Source: Macrostomum lignano (Eukaryota). From it: 64,000 bases of DNA. The position numbers and the translations under genes were made by a program. The notes below the pieces were generated by a model. That model was not told where the DNA came from. It searched no databases and saw only the letters and a list, made by a program, of their open reading frames with translations. The stretch lies in the NCBI GenBank assembly GCA_002269645.1, contig NIVC01002806.1:1-64000 (forward strand), read 5' to 3'. This document shows positions 1 through 10,555 of the stretch, piece after piece (position 1 is the first letter of the stretch; the number at the start of each line of letters is the position of its first letter).

Positions 1-991
1 AGTGAATGACCGCGTGGGGGATTTAGGGTTAAAGGCCTGAGATAAAAAGTAATAGTCACCGGAGTCGGAGGTAAAATGTCTGTCTATTTTATGTACATCA
101 AGGCTGAAGTATGGATCTGTAGCTCTTCTTTTGGTGTCTTTCTCTAGCTCTCCAGGTAGATATAAAAAGCGTAGAAACTCAGAGTTTGTCAGTATGTATG
201 GTGATTCAACTCCTGGAAGCTTAGGGTAGTTCGAGGTGTGTTTTGTGTTGTGTGTGTTGTGTGGGGTTGTCGTGTTGTTGTCTGTTCTATGAGATGCCTT
301 AAGTTCGACAGTGTCTTGTTTAATTGCATGGGATGGTTTCAATCCAGTCATGCGTGTGACTTCATTGTTCAGTTGCTCTATAACAGGGGAGTCTTTCTGT
401 CCACTTGGTATAGTACTGCCCCGCACTCAGTTTGAGTTCTTGCGCTGTCTGCTTAGTGAATAGTCTCTTGGCTAGAATTAGATTGAATCTTTCCACAAAA
501 GCCTGGTCTCTGTGCAAGTTTGTTCTGCCATAGCGAATCTCTGTGTTTTTCTTTTCCATAAGGGATTTCACTACACCCATGAATTCCTTACCCGGGTCGG
601 TCATAAAGATTTGGGGGTATGTGAGCGGAGAGTTTTTATAAATATCTTGCAGTGCGCTGGCAACAACCTCTGACTTCTTCGTCTTGAGTGGGCGAGCTTC
701 CTTATATCTGGAAGCAATGTCAATAATTGTAAGAGCATACTTGTAGCCTGAGTCGTTGGGGAGAAACAAAAGATCTGCTTGGTGCGCTTCATTAGGTTTA
801 TAAATACTGAAATGGGGCCTTTCAAATTTTACTGGTGGGAAATAGACTTGAAAGACAGCCTGCTTAGAGAGCCATTTTTCTACTGTAGCTTTTGGCTCTT
901 TACTCAGCTCCATGAGTTTACTAACAGCATTTTTGCCTACAAAGAATCCTTTGTCGCTGTAGTAGAGTTTTTTAAGTTTCTGATCTGTCAT
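1..991 (-). pseudogene. Polinton-type retroviral-like integrase (rve), copy A; frameshifted near 385 and running off the window start
   Basis: ORF 362..991 has the DDE triad context HQADLLF / FMTDPGKEF / VERFN. A 2-nt deletion versus copy B (CCC ACT GTT becomes CCC TGT) shifts the frame after WTERLP. Confidence 0.9.
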
Positions 992-1021
992 TTATTTAAA
1001 AAGAAAATTTTAAATAAAATA
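992..1021. promoter_or_regulatory. 30-bp AT-only-like divergent intergenic spacer between integrase and PLA2 start codons, with an 11-bp inverted repeat
   Basis: TTTATTTAAAA (991-1001) / TTTTAAATAAA (1008-1018). Each ATG is preceded by TTTTAAATAA on its own strand. The spacer is conserved at 9356-9385. Confidence 0.5.
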
Positions 1022-1333
1022 ATGCAGCGCTCTGGTGGTAAAATAGATTCACATGGACTGATAGAAAAGCTTCCTCATCCAAACAAAGGCTGGACACTTC
1101 CCGGCTATAAATATTGCGGGCCTTTGAATCCACTTAAAATACAGTTAGATAAAAACAATAATCCACATCCTGGGCATGAGCCTGTGAACGAGCTAGACTC
1201 TGTCTGCATGTGGCACGACGTTAAGTATAGAGATTTTCCTGAGGAGAAGAATCGCTGGGACAAAGAAATGCTCAGGAGACTCGACAATATAGGGGCTTCA
1301 AGCGGATTTCGTGAGTCGATTGCTCGAAATTAG
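1022..1333 (+). CDS. Parvovirus VP1u-type phospholipase A2 protein (PLA2X-like), copy A; C-terminus cut by a 1-nt deletion near 1328
   Basis: LPGYKYCGPLN Ca-binding loop and D..C.WHD..Y catalytic motif. Comparison with 9386..9886 shows the frame continues as LVKAVIFGKKKLGLGV if one base is restored. Confidence 0.85.
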   Translation: MQRSGGKIDSHGLIEKLPHPNKGWTLPGYKYCGPLNPLKIQLDKNNNPHPGHEPVNELDSVCMWHDVKYRDFPEEKNRWDKEMLRRLDNIGASSGFRESIARN

Positions 1334-1975
1334 TCAAGGCGGTTATTTTTGGTAAGAAAAAGCTGGGGTTGGGGGTCGCGGTTGTTTGGGGGCGGGCTTT
1401 GTGTTGCACACGCCAAGTAAAGAATTAGGAAGACTGCTGAAAGAGCTGGGGTTGAGAGAGCAGAATGATTCAAGCAAGAAAATTCAGCTGGATTAGCGGC
1501 TGTTTGGGAGAAGAGTTAAGTTTTCTGGCCTTCTGGCCTTCGCTTCTCTTCTCTCCACACAAGTGTACAGTCTTGAGCACACTGGTTTCGGTTACAATCT
1601 CTCTTTCCACCATGCCCTTCTCCTTCATACTCCTCACCTCGCGCTATGCTCTGTGTACAGAGAAGTCTCACGCCTCATGCTCTATCGTACACTGAGCTAT
1701 ATCGATTGTTTTTCCCTGCTTGACTCCAAGATTGTACAGTCTAGAATTTTCTGGAATTTTCTAGCTGTATAGCTGTATTTAAGCAAATGCAGAAACACTC
1801 GGGTTGATTCTCCCCGCATATGCCATCAACTGCGACTGAGAAACGACGACTGCAGGAACTTAAGCACGCTGAAAGTGATCTAAGAAATAGTCCGCCAAAC
1901 TAGAAGATTAGAAGACAAGAAGATTTAGAAAATGGAAGTCGAGTGGAATCTTCATTTGACAGATAAGCAAGGCCT

Positions 1976-2608
1976 TTGTGCCATGCTACAAAGAGTTTTA
2001 CAGGATATTCCGTCACATCTACAAGCAAGAAGAAGAGAGGAACTAACCACCTTTTTCGGTCTAGAAACTGGCGACCTACCAATCGAGTTTTTCGCCATGG
2101 CCCTGATGATATCGCCGCAGCGAATGAAGCGCAAAATGTGAGTAGCGAAGAGAAGAAGGCGGCGGCTCTGCAGAAGAAGATGGCGGATCTGCAGATATTC
2201 AGGGAGAAGTTGTACGCATCCCGCGTAACACTAGCTGATCAGCTGATGGACGCTGTTGATCACCAGCTTCCATCTGGCGAGCAGAACATCATCACTAGGG
2301 TGAAGGCGGCTCTAGCAAAATACAAGAAGACTCAAATTGGAGGTCTACATTGGATTCTCGAAGTTGGGCGGCTGCTAAAAACTTATCGCACCGAGAACTT
2401 TGGACAAGATGTTAAAGTGCGGTTCGCCCATTTGTGTAAAAATGTAAACATCCAGGAATCAACTGGCTATTTGTACATTCGTCTGTACAAACTGTCTGTT
2501 ACCTACCCAGGCTTAAGACAGGTGTCAATGCCAATTAGGGAACTAAACTCTAAGATGAAGTTTCTAGAAGAAATTTTGGCCAGTGATCCTGCGTGGAAAG
2601 TTGTGTAA
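1976..2608 (+). CDS. Unknown helical protein, possible HTH-type DNA-binding protein; true 5' end uncertain (possibly frameshifted from ATG 1820)
   Basis: 210-aa ORF. The C-terminal half aligns by eye with ORF 10556..11194 (8/32 identities ungapped around RLYKL...YPGL...P...MK) and occupies the same slot. Confidence 0.6.
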   Translation: MCHATKSFTGYSVTSTSKKKRGTNHLFRSRNWRPTNRVFRHGPDDIAAANEAQNVSSEEKKAAALQKKMADLQIFREKLYASRVTLADQLMDAVDHQLPSGEQNIITRVKAALAKYKKTQIGGLHWILEVGRLLKTYRTENFGQDVKVRFAHLCKNVNIQESTGYLYIRLYKLSVTYPGLRQVSMPIRELNSKMKFLEEILASDPAWKVV

Positions 2609-2635
2609 TTTTTTAATTCAGTTCATTTAGAATTT

Positions 2636-3057
2636 TTCTAACGCGTTAGAATTTCAAAGAGAAGATTCAACAACTGGAGACAGCCGATTGGTTAAGTAGA
2701 GGAAGGTAGCAATTTTCTCAGTACTGTGTGCAACTCAGTCGGTGGGTTTTAAATTCTAACGCTGTTAGAAATTTCTATGTGAAAAGTTTCCCGCAAGATA
2801 AGCTTGGGCACACCAAATTTTCACATAGAAAATTCTAACGCGTTAGAGAATCTAGCTGCTGGCTCAAAGGAACGCTAGGTTGGCTCTGTATGGTTAAATA
2901 GAGGGGGTAGAAATTTTCTAACGCCGTTAGAATTTTCTATGTGAAAAGCTTCCCGCAAGATAAACTTGGGCACACCAAATTTTCACATAGAAAATTCTAA
3001 CGCGTTAGAGAATCTAGCTGCTGGCTCAAAGGAACGCTAGGCTGCATGGCTCTGTAT
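2636..3057. repeat. 162-bp tandem duplication with five TTCTAACG(N)CGTTAGA palindromes and nested inverted repeats
   Basis: Palindromes start at 2636 (perfect 16-mer TTCTAACGCGTTAGAA), 2754, 2833, 2916 and 2995; the period is 162 bp. A TTCTATGTGAAAA...TTTTCACATAGAA stem occurs twice. Confidence 0.9.
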
Positions 3058-3206
3058 GTTGTTGAAGAATTCTAACTCAGATCCTACATAGTGTCTGTTT
3101 TTTCTACCATTTTTGATACTCTTGTAATAGTTAATACATATCCTATCAGCTGTGCAACCGTTAATAAATATATAATTCTTACTAATGAATAATAAAATTG
3201 TTTATA

Positions 3207-3725
3207 TTTTTTCAATGGGTAAGGACCTTGCGCTGATGATTTAAAGTCTTAGGGATCTGGTTTCACGTTGCGGATTGAATGTGGGGAGAAGAATGCAGAT
3301 TATTTTCTGATTGTTTCGAAGATGCTATGGGTGGATGTCAGTGGATTATGTCAGTGTCAGTGAGCATAACAGGTGTCAGTGGACCCATATTCCCATATTC
3401 TGTCAGTCATAATATGGATGGATTTAATGGGATTAAAGTTTTCGGATCAAGTGCAACCCCTCCCCTTTTTCAAGATTCTGTCGGGGATAATATAGATAGA
3501 TTTAATGGGATTATGGAGGACGTTTTGTGAGCGGGTGCGACCCCCTTTTTTTCTTATTCTGTCAGGGATAATATGGAAGGATTTAGGTGGATTATGGAAG
3601 ACGTTTTGTTAGCAGGTGCGACCCCCCTTTTTTTCTGATTCTGTCAGGGATAATATGGATGGATTTAGGTGGATTATGGAGGAGGTGAAAAATTTTGTCC
3701 CAGAAGCCCCCTCATGCCTTCTACT
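3207..3725. repeat. Terminal region of Polinton-like copy A, with four ~80-bp subterminal repeats
   Basis: ATTCTGTC..GGATAATATGG units at ~3396, 3474, 3555 and 3637. Direct copy at ~12262-12773. Ends CTTCTACT. Confidence 0.8.
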
Positions 3726-3855
3726 GAGGAAAATCAGGCAGAGTGTCCCTCATAAATATTCCTCTAAAGTTTGGGATTTCCAGTTCGTTAGCCAAATCTT
3801 CAAGAAAGTTATTTGTCGTCATTTTTTATGAGGTTTATTAAACTTTCTCTCAAAC

Positions 3856-6800
3856 CTAAACCCAACTTCCACCTCCTAAACCTAACCTCCAGTGCCCGAA
3901 CGGTAGACTGTTAATATTGTCATCAAAAATGAATCTCTTGTTATCTGCACCTGACAGTCCAATCTTCTTTTGCTGAATTGTGTGAATAATATGGTTTTTA
4001 GATTGTAGCTTTGAGAACTCATGTGATGTCTTTTTGTTGCAATTCAAGGCGTCTCTGTATTCAGCTTCATTAATTTCCTTCCTAACCACACGTTTCGGAA
4101 TTCCCTTTGATTTTTTTATTGGGTCTGACGACTCACATTTTATAAAATAGGACTTTGCTCTCAACCCAATGAATTCAGTGATTATGTCACCAGCAATCTC
4201 GTCCTTCATTTTCCCAATCACTTTCTTGTTAGTAGCGTCAAACACTTGATCACCATTCTGTGTCCTGAAAGATTTATCATACTCAGACAAGTCAAACAAA
4301 TCTTTTTGCTGCAGCATGTCCTGATAAATGTCTTCGTTTGAATGTCCATAATAAAACTGTCTGTGTCAGTGTACAAGAGTTTCATTTTATCCTTGTACTG
4401 CTGCTTCATGCCATAGAAGAACTGGTACATCAGACGTTTTGATTCATCGAGAACAGTGACACCTGTATAGATCGGCTTGCGCAGCGTCACCTTGGTTTTG
4501 TAAAATATGATCACACCAAGTAGCTATTAAAGATATGGAGTTCTTTGAATGTTGGCTTTGACATATTTGCCTGAATAACAGCAGGCTCTGATGAGGTAAC
4601 AAGTTTCAGGTTTGTTCTTTTCCGCTCATTTTCAAGAGTCTTGCCATAGACGGAGTTGTTGGCTAACTTAAAGAGGTTCTTGTCAAAGTCGTTGGTTGCT
4701 TTGGTCCTAAACTGGGTGTTCTTATCAATGTAGGGTTTCATCCACGCTTCCTCTGTAAATGTAAGAGCCCTGTGAACTTTGGTGACCCTGCAACCAGTGA
4801 GATAAAATACTGAAGCAGTTTGTAATGGATTTTGTAACGTGTCTTGTTGTTTAGATTCTGTGTTAGTTTCTCTGTATGTTCTTTTTCTGTTCCTGACAGG
4901 TGCCAAGTTCCATTATTATCATTGGGAGTTTCGATTATTTTCGGGCACTTGATGTTCTCTGGGAAGGGTGGAAAGTCAGAGAAATAGTCGTGAAGCTCTG
5001 GTGGAATGTAAACATCAACCTCATAAATGGCAGCCAATGAAAAGTCCTGTTTGAATTCTGATGAGGGTAGCCATCGAAAATCTCTAACTGGAAGATCTTG
5101 ACTCATCGCCCACCCGTAGAGATTATTAGCGTCCAAGTAAGTAATGTAGTTTGAGGGCTGCTCCTTATTGTAAGATCCAATGTAGGGGTTGTTTGCTTTT
5201 GCATACCTGTTAACGCAAATTGAGATCCCCCTCGCTTTGACGATTCGACAAAATTGTACATGTCAATGTCTGTAAGAAGTTCAATGTACCAATCTGGATC
5301 TTGATCCCATTTCATTTTAAGCAAAGATTCCCAGCTAGTGGCAGGGAGAGACACATAATGTGCTGGATCGAGGCCATATGCTGTGTACCAGGTGCATCTG
5401 AAGGTTTCAAACACATCAGCCAGCAGAAACACATCTGTGAAGAGGTAAAGCAGGTGATACTGGAAGAAGTTTTGACAATTAAAGTAATTATAGACATGCT
5501 TCGCGTGCTCATAGTCTTTGTCAGAGATTCCAGAGTCTGTTAGCTTTGAAAAGAACTTCTCCTGTGGTGGTAAACCTTCTTCAAATACGTGATACCCAGT
5601 AATATTTTCATAGGGGTAGAAGCCTTTGGTTCTCAGGAGTTTAAATGATTCATCAGTGTTGTTAATTTTACTTGCAAACATCTTTGTATATGTACATTGT
5701 TCATCTTTTAGATTCTTGCTTAGTTCGTCTAGACTGGCAGCTAGAAATTGATATGAATCCTTCAGTCTTATTTTACCTGTACCCGAATTATCCTGTTTAA
5801 TATCAACACACTTAAACTTCTCCTTGTTCTCTGCGATGCAATCAAGGTGTATGTCTGGAATCATGCCGATTTTTTCAACTATTAAATGCATGTCATAGTT
5901 CTTTGCGTTGTGACAAAATATCGTTAGATCATGAATGTTCGATTTTAGCTTTAGATTACAGGTGTTATGCGCTGCACCTCTAAATTTCCCAGTAAAGTGG
6001 CAGTGGTCCCTAACGGTGGGGTTTTTAATATTAGTGCAAGTTAAATGTTTCCTGCAGATGTGGCAATGAGTTGCTGATAGGAAATTGCTTTCATCCTCCT
6101 CAGTCATCATTATTGGAACAGGTTGAAGGGTGCTAATCACTTTTTGCAACTCTAACATTCTGGCAATAAACTGCTCCACACACTGCTCTCCAAAGAAATA
6201 ATTATACTCAACAAGTCCTTTTGTATTAATAAAGGCATATGCTACTGAATTGGGGATATGTTTTTGAGTTTGAGTTTGTTTTGAGTTGGAGTTTGTTTTT
6301 GAGTTGGAGTTTGTTTTTGAGTTTCTGGCACGATTGAGCATTCGAAATCAGCATATACAACAAATGGGAGCTTCTCCATCTTGTGATAGTTCTTAAACCG
6401 GAGATACTTCTCTTCAGCTGAAGGAAGAGAGCAGTTTGTCGGGTGATCCTCGCATGATAATTCATGCTCTGCTAGTTTTTCAAAGCGTTCAGGTCCACTG
6501 TAATGCTTAAGGCACAAGCGGCAGATGGCAACAGCCTCGTGATGATTATTCAACTGCTTGTGTATGAGTCTTGAAAGATCTTTAATCCAAACATAGTGAG
6601 CCTCCTCTAGTAAATTACCAATCACTAGAAGATCCACTTCAGTCCGCCTTTTCCCCTCGGGATCTAAAACGTCTTTGCTACATCTGACCGGTTGAACTTT
6701 CTCAGTTTTCTCACTCCACTCAAAGACTGTGATTCTAATTTTGTTATTAAACACTTCTTCTAGCTTTGGGATCTGAGAGATTGCCAAGCCTCCTTTGTCA

Positions 6801-7732
6801 AACCTGATTCCCTTCTTTTCGCATTCAATGAGATAGTAGTTAAAATAATTTTGATAATTTGAGGTTCTTTCGGGGTGGTGAGGGACACTAAAAAGTGCAG
6901 AAAGAACTGCCCATAGAGCACAGCAATTGTCTTTATTTTTAACATTTATGCAAGCTTTTTTACCGGCTAGCTTATGCGGGAGCTCTATATAAGAGGAGGC
7001 TTTAAGTGGGTCATATTTCATGACCCTGACAGTCGCTCTTTGAATCCCTCCCACGACCCATCCGGAACCTCTGGATGTAAACGCTTCAATTTTCTTATTG
7101 ACATCTTGAAGGAAAGGATCCAGTGTGTCTGTTGGGGTGAATGGCTTTGCCTTTGTTGTCATGTAATACTCGAGATGCTCAGTGGGTTTTGCAGGCATAT
7201 AAAACGCAATCTTGAATGATATCTGTAGTTTAAAGGTCTTGCGTGTTTTGAGTGTGTGATCAACAACTGATTGGATGCTGTCTTTATAGTCGTAGATGTT
7301 TGCGGTGGTACCGTTGGTGCCGTTAATTGGGATTGTGTACTCTATGTAATGTTCTGTAAACTTCGTCTGTGCAAAATTAATCTCTTCAGTGGCAAGCTCC
7401 GACTCTTTTAAATGGATTAATTGCTCTAATTTCTCTTGTTCCTGCTTATTTTGTGGGTACTTTGCTTTTTCACCAGTGAGAGTTTCATATTTGTTAACTA
7501 AGTTGCGACTCCTCTCTTGGTGTTCCTTTGCAGAATTTTTTATAGGCGCATACTGGTTTGATTCTAATTGATTGATGATTTCCAACTGTTTTTCATAGCT
7601 TCCCAGGTGACCAGGGTCGGTGTTGAACTTTTGTTTGCATGCTTCTCTTAGTGAATTACTTTTGTCTTGAAATGAGACGCCTTTTGAAAAATATTTGTTG
7701 ACTAAATCTCTTGCTGGATTAGCTTTTGGCAT
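3856..7732 (-). pseudogene. Protein-primed family B DNA polymerase (Polinton type) with embedded endonuclease VII-like domain, split by five 1-nt deletions
   Basis: ExoI YADFE, ExoII HNAKNYDMHLI, ExoIII YLFTDVFLLADVFE, motif A DANNLYGWAM, motif B KLANNSVYGKT, motif C YTDTDS, and CHIC...RDHCHFTGKFRGAAHNTCN. Frameshifts near 6280, 5226, 4794, 4513 and 4335; no in-frame stops once these are corrected. Start taken at ATG 7732 (MPKANP). Confidence 0.93.
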
Positions 7733-7855
7733 TTTTCTCGAAAATATAAAAAAAATTTTGAGGGTGACCACCCTGATAGAAAAGTTGAACTGTTTCTACA
7801 TCCTATAAGTAGTATTAGGTTTATGAAGCTGGATAAAGTGGGGTTTTAAACCTCA

Positions 7856-8302
7856 TCACATCCGCATTATTGTAAACCCAGCATTGTGCAGTGTCATGAT
7901 GGCTTTGACAATGTCAGACTTGCTTATAGAATTTTCATTCTCACAATCATCACGATCGGGGCAGCCCTCTCCTGCCTTAATTGTTATACCTTTGTCTCTT
8001 GCAATCTTTTGCAATTCCAGCTGGTGGGCTCTATCATTCCCAGCTTTAACAGCAGTTGCTACACCTCCAGCTACACCACCTGCGGCACTTACAGCGCCTG
8101 CAATGATCGGAATAAGAGCTGCTAATGGTAGGATTCCTCCTGACTTTTCATCTGTGATGCTGTGTCTTTGTTCATTACACTGAACTATTTGCTGCGTGGG
8201 ATCGATTTTTACTTTGACACCTTTAATTGATATAATACCTGGTTTCTTTGATTCAATGATATTATTGAGTTTATTGAGGGTTCTAGTTTCAATCTTTGTC
8301 AT
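7856..8302 (-). CDS. Adenovirus pX (Mu precursor)-like small protein
   Basis: SGGILPLAALIPIIAGAVSAAGGVAGGVA resembles the hydrophobic C-terminal segment of adenovirus pX (RGGILPLLIPLIAAAIGAVPGIA). Intact 148-aa ORF between PolB and integrase. Confidence 0.7.
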   Translation of the reverse strand: MTKIETRTLNKLNNIIESKKPGIISIKGVKVKIDPTQQIVQCNEQRHSITDEKSGGILPLAALIPIIAGAVSAAGGVAGGVATAVKAGNDRAHQLELQKIARDKGITIKAGEGCPDRDDCENENSISKSDIVKAIMTLHNAGFTIMRM

Positions 8303-8318
8303 TTTTTATTTTAATATT

Positions 8319-9355
8319 TTAATTAATTTCTGTGTCAGCTGGTATCACTAGGAGTTCAGCTCTAGTGAATGACCGCGTGGGGGATTTAGGGTTAAAGGCT
8401 TGAGATAAAAAGTAATAGTCACCGGAGTCGGAGGTAAAATGTCTGTCTATTTTATGCACATCAAGGCTGAAGTATGGATCTGTAGCTCTTCTTTTGGTGT
8501 CCTTCTCTAGCTCTCCAGGTAGATATAAAAAGCGTAGAAACTCAGAGTTTGTCAGTATGTATGGTGATTCAACTCCTGGAAGCTTAGGGTAGTTCGAGGT
8601 GTGTTTTGTGTTGTGCGTGTTGTGTGGGGTTGTCGTGTTGTTGTCTGTTCTATGAGATGCCTTAAGTTCGACAGTGTCTTGTTTAATTGCATGGGACGGT
8701 TTCAATCCAGTCATACGTGTGACTTCATTGTTCAGTTGCTCTATAACAGTGGGGAGCCGGTCTGTCCACTTGGTATAGTACTGACCACTTTTTAGTTTCA
8801 GCTCTTCAGCTGTCTGCTTAGTGAATAGTCTCTTGGCTAGAGTTAGATTGAATCTTTCCACAAAAGCCTGGTCTCTGTGGAGCTCAGTTCTGCCATAGCG
8901 AATCTCTGTGTTTTTCTTTTCCATAAGGGATTTCACTGCACCCATGAATTCCTTACCCGGGTCGGTCATAAAGATTTGGGGGTATGTGAGCGGAGAGTTT
9001 TTATAAATATCTTGCAGTGCGCTGGCAACAACCTCTGACTTCTTCGTCTTGAGTGGGCGAGCTTCCTTATATCTGGAGCAACGTCAATAATTGTAAGAGC
9101 ATACTTGTAGCCTGAGTCGTTGGGGAGAAACAAAAGATCTGCTTGGTGCGCTTCATTAGGTTTATAAATACTGAAATGGGGCCTTTCAAATTTTACTGGT
9201 GGGAAATAGACTTGAAAGACAGCCTGCTTAGAGAGCCATTTTTCTACTGTAGCTTTTGGCTCCTTACTCAGCTCCATGAGTTTACTAACGGCATTTTTGC
9301 CTACAAAGAATCCTTTGTCGCTGTAGTAGAGTTTTTTAAGTTTCTGATCTGTCAT
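8319..9355 (-). pseudogene. Polinton-type integrase (rve), copy B; 1-nt deletion near 9077
   Basis: ORFs 8966..9355 and 8319..8969 join into a full integrase when the base present in copy A (GGAAGC versus GGAGC) is restored. Confidence 0.9.
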
Positions 9356-9385
9356 TTATTTAAAAAGAAAATTTTAAATAAAATA

Positions 9386-9886
9386 ATGCAGCGCTCTGGT
9401 GGTAAGTTAGATTCACATGGACTGATAGAAAAGCTTCCTCATCCAAACAAAGGCTGGACACTTCCCGGCTATAAATATTGCGGGCCTTTGAATCCACTTG
9501 AAATACAGCTGGATGGAAACAACAACCCAAATCCTGGGCATGAGCCTGTGAATGAGCTAGACTCTGTCTGCATGTGGCATGACGTTAAATATAGAGATTT
9601 TCCTGAGGAGAAGAATCGTTGGGACAAAGAAATGCTTAAGAGACTAGACAATATAGGGGCTTCAAGCGGATTTCGTGAGTCGATCGCTCGGAAGCTAGTT
9701 AAAGCTGTTATTTTTAGTAAGACAAAACTGGGGTTGGGGGTGTACGCCGAGGGCGGGTGTTTGGGGAGAGAGGGCGAGTGCACGGGGAGAGAGGGCGAAC
9801 GCACGGGAGCAGAGTTTATTTTGTGCGCTCCTAACAATGAATTGGGAAGACTGCTGAAAGAGCTGGGGGTAGAAAGGGGCGCTTGA
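9386..9886 (+). CDS. Parvovirus VP1u-type phospholipase A2 protein (PLA2X-like), copy B, intact (166 aa)
   Basis: Same YKYCGP and WHD..Y motifs; C-terminal KTKLGLG. ATG 9386 lies inside ORF 9143..9886. Confidence 0.88.
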   Translation: MQRSGGKLDSHGLIEKLPHPNKGWTLPGYKYCGPLNPLEIQLDGNNNPNPGHEPVNELDSVCMWHDVKYRDFPEEKNRWDKEMLKRLDNIGASSGFRESIARKLVKAVIFSKTKLGLGVYAEGGCLGREGECTGREGERTGAEFILCAPNNELGRLLKELGVERGA

Positions 9887-10555
9887 ATCGGGAAGGGCAT
9901 CAGCAAGTGTGGATTTGAGTAAGTACAGTTTTTTATTCCCTAAAGAGTTGCGCACAAGAGAGATTCTCATTCTCCAGAGAGCTAAGAGCAGAAAATAAAA
10001 AGTCAACCGCTTCGCCGCCATTAGCATGCATGGACTGTGTATGTTTGATTGATATTGATTATTTGCCTAATTGTGAGGCCAGTTGGCCCGCCTAGTTGGC
10101 CTCGGCCCGCCGATTTGGCCTCGGAATGTGGCCCGCCTTGTTGGTCTATACGGTATGAAGATATGGGGGGGGGGTAGAGAGAGGCGTTTGAGTCGGGAAG
10201 GGTTTAACTATTATTCTCAGCCCTGGCCGAACGCAACAGCTGCATTTGAAAAGTTGAGAAGCAGAGAGAGGTTATGTGGTTGATCGACTGCTATTTGCTT
10301 AAGGAGCGTAGCCTTTTAATCGATTTTGCGAATGTACAACTTCCACGCATGCTTTCCTTTCCGCTTTGGCAACCCCAATCAACCAGTCAGTTCATAGCAC
10401 GAAAGACTACCTAGTGTGGAGACGGCTTTCCTTTCCAATTGCCAAAATATTGGCGCGGCGCAGCAACCACTACCACCTCAAACCCTACATGACGGTTTTT
10501 AAGTAAAGGCGGAAGCCAGCCAGCCCTCTTCACTCAATTCCTATTAGAAAACGCA

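Larger units (their letters stand above)
1..3725. mobile_element. Polinton/Maverick (adintovirus-like) element, copy A, right-hand part; left part lies outside the window
   Basis: Contains rve integrase and parvovirus-type PLA2. 1-~1360 is closely similar to 8364-~9740, and ~3207-3725 to ~12262-12773. Similarity stops abruptly at ...CATGCCTTCTACT (AGTAG read inward), resembling the AGT-type termini known for Polintons. Confidence 0.8.

Noticed and set aside
779-1021. N-terminal extension of the PLA2 ORFs (779..1333 and 9143..9886) from a TTG start
   Set aside because: It is antisense to the integrase 5' end; the PLA2 homology and the AT-rich start context begin at ATG 1022/9386.
1473-1822. 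Back-to-back ATGs at CATATG (1817-1822) and a protein-like minus-strand stretch
   Set aside because: Frames are short and interrupted by stops; without read-level correction no gene can be supported.
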